The notes under the pieces: model-generated
The model's input: only the letters and a program-made list of their open reading frames with translations
Told to the model about the DNA's origin: nothing
Databases searched by the model: none
Program-made: the position numbers and the translations under genes
In this document: piece by piece, positions 17,638 through 23,717 of the stretch
Position numbering within the stretch: the first letter of the stretch is position 1
Layout of the letters: every line of letters starts with the position of its first letter
DNA from: an uncultured Ignavibacteria bacterium
Lineage (GTDB): Bacteria > Bacteroidota > Ignavibacteria > Tepidaquicellales > OLB5
NCBI GenBank assembly: GCA_947084945.1
Contig: CAMTUP010000015.1
Span: forward strand, 24,576-88,575
Direction: 5' to 3'
DNA: 64,000 nucleotides

Positions 17638-17871
17638 ATGGAATTCATTATATTTATTTTACTGTTTATATTATTTGAACTACTTGGCAAAAAGAGTAAG
17701 AATATTACGCTTTGTATCGGAGGTAATATTTTAAAAATTGTAAAAGGAAAAATATTTAATAAAGAATATTTAATTAATCATAAAAAAATAGCACAAACAA
17801 TTGGATATGCAGTTTTAATTTCTTTCCTTTTTAGCATATCGTTTTTTTTAAGTATTATTTTTGGTAATTAG
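17638..17871 (+). CDS. Putative immunity protein 4 (two-TM mini-protein)
   Basis: ATG lies 5 nt after the CT4 stop. MEFIIFILLFILFELLG ... IGYAVLISFLFSISFFLSIIFG; 77 aa. Confidence 0.5.
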   Translation: MEFIIFILLFILFELLGKKSKNITLCIGGNILKIVKGKIFNKEYLINHKKIAQTIGYAVLISFLFSISFFLSIIFGN

Positions 17872-17916
17872 TAACGCAATGCTGACACTACTCGCAATTA
17901 TTACCTAAAAGACCAT

Positions 17917-18810
17917 TTGGGAAGTATAAGAGTAGTTTTGAACAGTACTAATACGGTAATATCTGCTCAAGACTATGATTGTTGGGGTTATTTACTTGAA
18001 GGGCGAACTTATGAATCTGTGTCATCAGTTAATCAGCGATACAAATTTACCGGTAAGGAAAGAGATAAAGATTTGGAGAATAATTACGATTACTTCGGGG
18101 TGAGATATTATGACAGCAGGATTGGTAGATGGGGAGGTGTTGAGCCGTTGTTGGATAAGTATGTAAGTTGGAGCCCTTATAATTATGGTTTATGTAATCC
18201 AATAATTTTAAAAGATGTGAATGGATTAGATGTATTTGTTGCATTTTCAGGTTGGGGTATGCATAAATCAGGAGAAATTATTGACCCTTCAGAATATTCG
18301 CCAACTTCTGAAACTGGAACCAACGTTTTATTATATGATTTACAGAAAACTATTAATGATAACAACATTAATGATTTTGATATTCGAGGATATTATGCAA
18401 GTTCGAGTGGTAGTGAAATTGAAGAGGCATTTAATTTTATTAAACAAAATTTAGAAAATTCAGATGAAAAAGTATATCTGTATGGTTACAGCATGGGTGG
18501 AATAAATATTGTAGAGCTTGCAGATATGTTAGGTGAAGCAGGTATAAGCGTTGAGTTATTATTTACGATTGATGCAGATAAACCATTTACTGGTAGTGAG
18601 CAAAATATACCTAGTAATGTAATTGAAAATTGGAATTTTTATCAAACTAATAAAGAATTACCATTCTTTTCAAGTGGTAGTGTGAATAAAGCATTTGATT
18701 TGAAAAAAACTACAATATTAAATATTAAAAAATCTGATCCTCATATGCAGATGGATGAAGAAACGGGTTCAGCTGTTCTTAGAAAAATTTACGGTTCAAT
18801 TATAAAGTAA
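17917..18810 (+). CDS. Orphan RHS core-end fragment fused to CT5, an alpha/beta-hydrolase lipase/esterase-like toxin domain
   Basis: Homology starts at about 17878 (NADTTRNYYLKDHLGSIRVV) and the frame is open from 17875. The core ends at ...PYNYGLCNPIILKDVNGL (18214-18225). The CT has a GxSxG nucleophile elbow, YLYGYSMGG (Ser codon 18490-18492). Confidence 0.8.
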   Translation: MGSIRVVLNSTNTVISAQDYDCWGYLLEGRTYESVSSVNQRYKFTGKERDKDLENNYDYFGVRYYDSRIGRWGGVEPLLDKYVSWSPYNYGLCNPIILKDVNGLDVFVAFSGWGMHKSGEIIDPSEYSPTSETGTNVLLYDLQKTINDNNINDFDIRGYYASSSGSEIEEAFNFIKQNLENSDEKVYLYGYSMGGINIVELADMLGEAGISVELLFTIDADKPFTGSEQNIPSNVIENWNFYQTNKELPFFSSGSVNKAFDLKKTTILNIKKSDPHMQMDEETGSAVLRKIYGSIIK

Positions 18811-18817
18811 TTATAAA

Positions 18818-19108
18818 ATGAAAATTATAAAATTTATTTCTGCTATCGCAATTTTGTTTTCTATATTCATGTTTTCTTCCATGTATTTTAATTTATATCC
18901 CCCTCTTATTTTTAAAGCATTTTCAAATTATTTTTTTCAATTTTGGATTGTAATTGTTCTGGTCGCATTTAGTTTATCAATATTTTCAATATTTAAGATT
19001 AAATTAAAGAATAATAAAAAACATTATAATTTATTATTTATTAACACTGCTCTACTTGGGTTAGTAATAGTATATTTTGTCTTTGTTTTTTTTGTTCATA
19101 AGCCTTAA
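18818..19108 (+). CDS. Putative immunity protein 5 (three-TM membrane protein)
   Basis: 96 aa, starting 8 nt after the CT5 stop. Hydrophobic segments are IIKFISAIAILFSIFMFSSMYF, FWIVIVLVAFSLSIFSIF and LLFINTALLGLVIVYFVFVFFV. Confidence 0.55.
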   Translation: MKIIKFISAIAILFSIFMFSSMYFNLYPPLIFKAFSNYFFQFWIVIVLVAFSLSIFSIFKIKLKNNKKHYNLLFINTALLGLVIVYFVFVFFVHKP

Positions 19109-19204
19109 ACATTTGTTTGTGAGAATATGTAATTTTGAAGACTTTAATATAGTTATGTAAGAGACACTTGACGCAAATATGAAAATATCTTAACACTCCA
19201 GTGA

Positions 19205-19627
19205 ACAAGAATTATTCAGGATGATTTTCTTTACAAATATGTGAGCGGCACAAACAGGCTAAGAAATATTGGACATGGACAAAATTATACCTATGACCCC
19301 AACGGCAATGTAACTTTAGATGATTTGAATAAAAACACCGAAATAAAATATGACCACCGCAATTTGATGATTGAAAACAAAAATGTTCTTTCTCTTAGTA
19401 CATACATGACAAGATACCGCTATGACGAAGCCGGAAATAGGATAAGTAAAAAGCAATATCTCTATATAAACTCTCCCCCGCCCGGTGGAATTGTCCGAAG
19501 GACTCCTCTCGGTGAAGGCGGTAATGGATACGGAGATAGTATTATTGTGGATGTAGGCGATGGATCAGGCTACTGGACTTTGGTTGGCAATATGTATTAT
19601 GACAAGGATTTTAGTTGTAAGGAATAA
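19205..19627 (+). pseudogene. Terminal RHS repeat fragment duplicating the 5' part of the 11330-12835 gene
   Basis: DDFLYKYVSGTNRLRN...NKNTEIKYDHRNLMIENKN...YRYDEAGNRISKKQYLYINSPPPGGIVRRTPLGEG..GYGDSIIVDVGDGSGYWTLVGNMYY is colinear with residues ~41-172 of the first fragment. It then decays (DKDFSCKE, stop), with no core end or toxin. Confidence 0.75.
19493..19512. repeat. Third copy of the palindromic element (gtccgaaggactcctctcgg), in frame
   Basis: Read directly; same context as 11729-11749 (PPPGGIVRRTPLGEG). Confidence 0.7.
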
Positions 19628-19640
19628 ATATACTTCATAA

Positions 19641-19672
19641 CAAAAAACCCCTGCTCTAATGTAGAACAGAGG
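19641..19672 (-). terminator. Rho-independent terminator of the 19702-20151 gene
   Basis: Minus strand reads cctctgttcta-cat-tagagcagggg (11-bp stem including two G-U pairs), followed by ttttttg. Confidence 0.75.
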
Positions 19673-19701
19673 TTTAAAATTTTCAATATATAAAAATTAG
19701 C

Positions 19702-20151
19702 TTACTTTATGATATTCAATTTTCTTACTTCTTTGTACTTTCCAACAACTAAGCGGTAATAATAAGTGTCCTTGGTCAAATTAGCCTGCTTAAGCTCTGC
19801 CGAAAATTCACCCTTTGGTTTATTATCATCAATTAACACTTTTAACTCTCTGCCCTTTGTATCAAAGATAGAAAACCTAACATACTCACCCTGCGGAATA
19901 GAAAAACTGAATAATGTATTATTTTCAACTAAAAGCATATCGCTCTGCTCAAGCTCGCTGGTACTTAGTGAGTTAGCTTCTGTTGATGTTAAATTATCGG
20001 GGTTAACTGAGCAACCAGTCAAGTTAGTATTACCTGCAAATGCAGTATTGCCAGCTATGCATAAAAAAAGAAGCATTGATAACATTGCTGTCAATTGCTT
20101 CGTTGATAAAAAACTTTGGGTTTTACGGTTTTGGGTCTGATTAGCTTTCAT
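19702..20151 (-). CDS. Minimal T9SS cargo: signal peptide, short Ser/Thr/Asn-rich linker and a T9SS C-terminal sorting domain
   Basis: 149 aa. Hydrophobic h-region LTAMLSMLLFLCIAGNTAFA. The C-terminus FSIPQGEYVRFSIFDTKGRELKVLIDD...DTYYYRLVVGKYKEVRKLNIIK resembles the other CTDs in the window. Confidence 0.7.
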   Translation of the reverse strand: MKANQTQNRKTQSFLSTKQLTAMLSMLLFLCIAGNTAFAGNTNLTGCSVNPDNLTSTEANSLSTSELEQSDMLLVENNTLFSFSIPQGEYVRFSIFDTKGRELKVLIDDNKPKGEFSAELKQANLTKDTYYYRLVVGKYKEVRKLNIIK

Positions 20152-20187
20152 TTTAAAATTACCTTTTAAGAAGTAGATTTATTATTT

Positions 20188-20351
20188 AATAATCTCTTCT
20201 GCTATGGTCTTTCCCTACCGATTAGTGATACAAATATAGCCTGCTGCCCGACCCTAAAACAATCGTAAACTTAAGTAAATATGTAATTACACTCTAAACC
20301 TAATTATTCATACTTTCACTGTATAACGTTAGCCCGATATTCTCTAACGTA
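20188..20351 (-). repeat. Copy 2 of the ~165-bp promoter/leader repeat (partner at 10879-11044)
   Basis: Direct-orientation alignment with copy 1. It lies immediately upstream of the ATG at 20151. Confidence 0.85.
20231..20238 (-). promoter_or_regulatory. Candidate -7 box TATATTTG (copy 2)
   Basis: Same position within the repeat as 10923-10930. Confidence 0.4.
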
Positions 20352-20474
20352 AATACATTATATGTAGAATTTAAATAAATAGGTTATAACATATAAATAC
20401 CGATTTTATTAAAAAAATCGGCAATTTCGAGTGATGTATTTGTACTAGTAAAAAACGGGGGATAGTCCATATTA

Positions 20475-20507
20475 ACTCATCCGATGACTAACAGTCATCG
20501 GATGAGT
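20475..20507 (-). terminator. Perfect 15-bp hairpin 8 nt downstream of the TonB-dependent receptor gene
   Basis: actcatccgatgact-aac-agtcatcggatgagt. No clear T tract, so it could be a terminator or an RNA-stability element. Confidence 0.55.
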
Positions 20508-20514
20508 AGATAAT

Positions 20515-22803
20515 TTAAAACTGAATACTTAATCCTCCAACAGGTAAAAACTTCCATTGGTAGATAGTACCTTGTGTATTCTTATACTCATTCCAGAAGT
20601 ATTGATATACATTTTCTGTATTGAAAACATTTTGCAGCTCTATATATGATACAATACTAAGACCTTTGAAATTCCATTTTTTGTCTAATCTTAAATCAAG
20701 CCTATTGTAATCTTTAAATCTAGAACCGTTGAAGTTATTAAAATCACTAACTCCTCTACCCGCAAATGTTGATGCAGCAATATCAAACGGAGTGAACGGT
20801 CTGCCTGTTGTATAACGGAATTTCAGTCCAACAAGCCAATCATTTGCGAGCTGGTAACCCGCAATAATTGTCAAATTATGCCTGTAATCAAACGTACCGG
20901 GCTTTTCACCGCCCTCAAGTCCGGTAACTTTACTCTCAGCCAGCGAGTAATTTATCATTCCGTAAAAACCGTTTCCTGTAAGTTTTTTATGGAGTGAAAA
21001 ATCTATCCCCTTAGTAAATCCCTTACCTTCACTCACAGCTTCCCCAAATAATAAGTTTGGTCCGTTTTCTGTTCCACTGCTAATTAATACATATGTTGGA
21101 ATTACTGTGCTTACAGGATAATTTTTGTAATCTTTGTAGTATGCTTCTATTGAAAGCCTTAGCTCTGGTGAAATTAAATGCTCCATACCCACAACAAAAT
21201 GGTTTGCCTGAATAAATTTAAGATTCTCATTCCTTGTATCAGCAGTAAGCCAGATGTATTCCGGTGCCTGGTAATAAATTCCGGTTGATACGCTTATTGT
21301 TGTTGTTGGTAAAAAGTTATAACTTATGCCAAACCTTGGTGAGCCTGCTAAATTCTTTTTAATTCCAGAAAAATAATCAACCCTTGCACCTGCATTTAGT
21401 ATAATCTTATCTTTAAACATTTTTAAAGTATATTGCGCAAACCCTGATGCTTTATTATAGTTATCCTTTACATTAATATTTGTTTCAGGAATTGGGTCGC
21501 CAAATGCAGTAGTATCTGCATTATAGAAAGTCTCATACTTTATTTTTATATACCTTGCCGAACCGCCAAGTATAATATTATTTGTCTTGCTCAACTGGTA
21601 AAATACTTCGCTTCTAAAATTAAAATCACTTTCATAGGAGTTATAATTAAATTTCAATTCATCGGTTCTTAAATCATGGTTATTGTAATTAAGGAAAGCT
21701 GTTGAATTAGCAAGTACCGTCTGCACATATCCTTTTTTAAAAAGATTCTTCAAATTAAATCCTGCTGTGAACTGCCTTTGCTTCCCTTTGGCTTTGCCGT
21801 ATGGATTATCATCGCTAACCTCTGATGATTCACCCTCAAAACTGATATTATCTATGCCGCCTACCCCTACAAAACTAAGTCTGGTATTTTTGTTAATATC
21901 ATAAACTGTTTTCAGATTAAAATCCCAATAATCAGGCACAGCAGCAAGCCTGATAGCACCTTTAATTAAATTGAGGTAACTTTTCCTCACAGAAATAATG
22001 AATGAACCTTTTTGAGTGAACAATGGACCTTCAAATATTAATCCAAATCCCGCACTTGAAAGATTTATATCACTTAAATATCTTTTACGGTATCCTTCGC
22101 GGAATTTAATATCCATAACCGAAGATAACTTATCACCGTACCGTGCAGAAAATCCACCAGTTGAAAAATTTACATTATCTATGAACTTAACGTTTATCAT
22201 TCCTATAGGACCGCTTGATGAACCCTGAGTAGGGAAATGATTTACATTGGGAATTTCGATACCATCTATCATTGTAAGATTTTCACTTGGTGAACCTCCC
22301 CGGACAATAAGATCATTCCTCTGGTCATTAGCAGGTGATACACCCGGCATTATCTGAACCATTCGCGAAATATCTTCTACTGCCCCGGGAGCGCGCCTCA
22401 CCTCTTCAAAATCAAGATTATAACTGCTCGTGCTTACATCGGTTGATCTCTGAAAATACTTTCCTTCTACATCAATTTCCTCTGTAGTGATATTTGATAC
22501 GAGTAACTCAATTTCAACATTCGTAGGTCTTGATGAAAGCACAACCACATCGGTATTAATGAACGCTTCATATCCCAGGCTTGATACTTTAAGCTCATAA
22601 GTGCCGTAAGGTATGTCTGTAAACTGAAAATTTCCCTGTGCATTAGTAATGGTTTTAATATCTGCGTTCATTATCATAACTGTTGCTTCGGGTATCGGAT
22701 TTTGCGTTTCCTTATCTGATACCTTACCGTTTATGATACCTTTATCCTGTGTAAATAATGCTGTAGTAAAAACTAATGAAATTAGGATTAATATTTTACT
22801 CAT
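20515..22803 (-). CDS. TonB-dependent outer-membrane receptor with N-terminal carboxypeptidase-regulatory-like domain
   Basis: GKVSDKETQNPIPEATVMI...GNFQFTDIPYGTYELKVSSLGYE (CarbopepD_reg-like), plug-type motifs (DVSTSSY..EEVRRAPGA.EDISRMVQ.MPGV) and a barrel ending ..GGLSIQF. The start is placed at the MSKILILISLVF signal peptide; the track ORF extends to 22845. Confidence 0.9.
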   Translation of the reverse strand: MSKILILISLVFTTALFTQDKGIINGKVSDKETQNPIPEATVMIMNADIKTITNAQGNFQFTDIPYGTYELKVSSLGYEAFINTDVVVLSSRPTNVEIELLVSNITTEEIDVEGKYFQRSTDVSTSSYNLDFEEVRRAPGAVEDISRMVQIMPGVSPANDQRNDLIVRGGSPSENLTMIDGIEIPNVNHFPTQGSSSGPIGMINVKFIDNVNFSTGGFSARYGDKLSSVMDIKFREGYRKRYLSDINLSSAGFGLIFEGPLFTQKGSFIISVRKSYLNLIKGAIRLAAVPDYWDFNLKTVYDINKNTRLSFVGVGGIDNISFEGESSEVSDDNPYGKAKGKQRQFTAGFNLKNLFKKGYVQTVLANSTAFLNYNNHDLRTDELKFNYNSYESDFNFRSEVFYQLSKTNNIILGGSARYIKIKYETFYNADTTAFGDPIPETNINVKDNYNKASGFAQYTLKMFKDKIILNAGARVDYFSGIKKNLAGSPRFGISYNFLPTTTISVSTGIYYQAPEYIWLTADTRNENLKFIQANHFVVGMEHLISPELRLSIEAYYKDYKNYPVSTVIPTYVLISSGTENGPNLLFGEAVSEGKGFTKGIDFSLHKKLTGNGFYGMINYSLAESKVTGLEGGEKPGTFDYRHNLTIIAGYQLANDWLVGLKFRYTTGRPFTPFDIAASTFAGRGVSDFNNFNGSRFKDYNRLDLRLDKKWNFKGLSIVSYIELQNVFNTENVYQYFWNEYKNTQGTIYQWKFLPVGGLSIQF

Positions 22804-22844
22804 ATATAATTTATTATTAATACTTTCTTCAATAACAATACTCA

Positions 22845-23480
22845 TTACTCATTACTCATTACTCTTTGCTCAACACTCATTAAGTTTGTGTTCATAAAAT
22901 GTAAGCTTCCTTTTACAGTCTGCTGAATAACTTCATCAGGCATCATGGCACACCTTCCGCGGATAATTAATGCAGCCATTCCGTGTACAAATCCCCAAAA
23001 TGCAAATGTAGCTGCATCAACATCAGAGTTTATGATATTACCACGAGCAATACAATCTTTAACAGTTTCTCTTAAATAATCATAGGTACGTTGTCCTGCA
23101 TCCCATTCCTTTTTTTCAAATATTTTATCTCCAACACCTTTTGCAATGAACATGAGGTCATAATAATCTTTGTTTTCCATTGCAAACTTCATATATAACT
23201 CACCCATTTTAGCAAGTTTTTCAACTGGATTTCCGATTCCGTCAAGAGTTTTTTGTAATGCATAAAGTTTTTTAAAACCTTCAGTATGGATAGCATGTAT
23301 AATATCACCTTTATCTTTAAAGTATGAATATAATGAACCTGGGGAATACTCTATTTTTTCTGCTATTGCACGCATAGAAACATTCTCTATCCCATTTTGT
23401 GTAAATAGCTGCATTGCTGTTTTTATTATCAACTGCCTCATTTCAAGCTTTTCACGTTCTTTTCTATCTTCTGATCCCAT
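22845..23480 (-). CDS. TetR/AcrR-family transcriptional regulator
   Basis: N-terminal HTH: LFTQNGIENVSMRAIAEKIEYSPGSLYSYFKDKGDI; 211 aa. Confidence 0.9.
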   Translation of the reverse strand: MGSEDRKEREKLEMRQLIIKTAMQLFTQNGIENVSMRAIAEKIEYSPGSLYSYFKDKGDIIHAIHTEGFKKLYALQKTLDGIGNPVEKLAKMGELYMKFAMENKDYYDLMFIAKGVGDKIFEKKEWDAGQRTYDYLRETVKDCIARGNIINSDVDAATFAFWGFVHGMAALIIRGRCAMMPDEVIQQTVKGSLHFMNTNLMSVEQRVMSNE

Positions 23481-23492
23481 ATAAGTAAACCT

Positions 23493-23509
23493 TGTTTATA
23501 TTTTAAACA
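23493..23509. promoter_or_regulatory. Candidate TetR operator palindrome TGTTTA-N5-TAAACA
   Basis: Read directly 13 nt upstream of the TetR ATG, followed by another TTGTTTA half-site. The background is AT-rich, so chance occurrence is plausible. Confidence 0.25.
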
Positions 23510-23717
23510 TTGTTTAATAATTGAATGCAATTTAATATATGAAATTTTAAATGTCAATATAATTAGATAATATTATTAAATAAATTACTGTTTTACAATA
23601 ATATGATTAGTTTAATACAGATAATGTTTTGACTTTAATTTTTATAACAATTTTGCAATCATTACAAATAAATTAATCTATCTTAGTAAAAAAGAGCTTA
23701 TACTCTATAATTAATAG

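Noticed and set aside
11330-19243. TTG/GTG start codons assigned by the ORF track to the rhs fragments (11330, 13397, 14890, 16803, 17917, 19241)
   Set aside because: Nucleotide homology to the rhs core extends upstream of each of them. None is preceded by a recognisable initiation context, so they are most likely artefacts of ORF calling in orphan fragments. I kept the coordinates only as frame markers.
11321-19627. Periodic repeats that could suggest a CRISPR array
   Set aside because: The repeat units are 300-550 bp of protein-coding rhs core, and the spacers are 0.9-1.3 kb toxin/immunity genes. There are no short, regularly spaced repeats and no cas genes.
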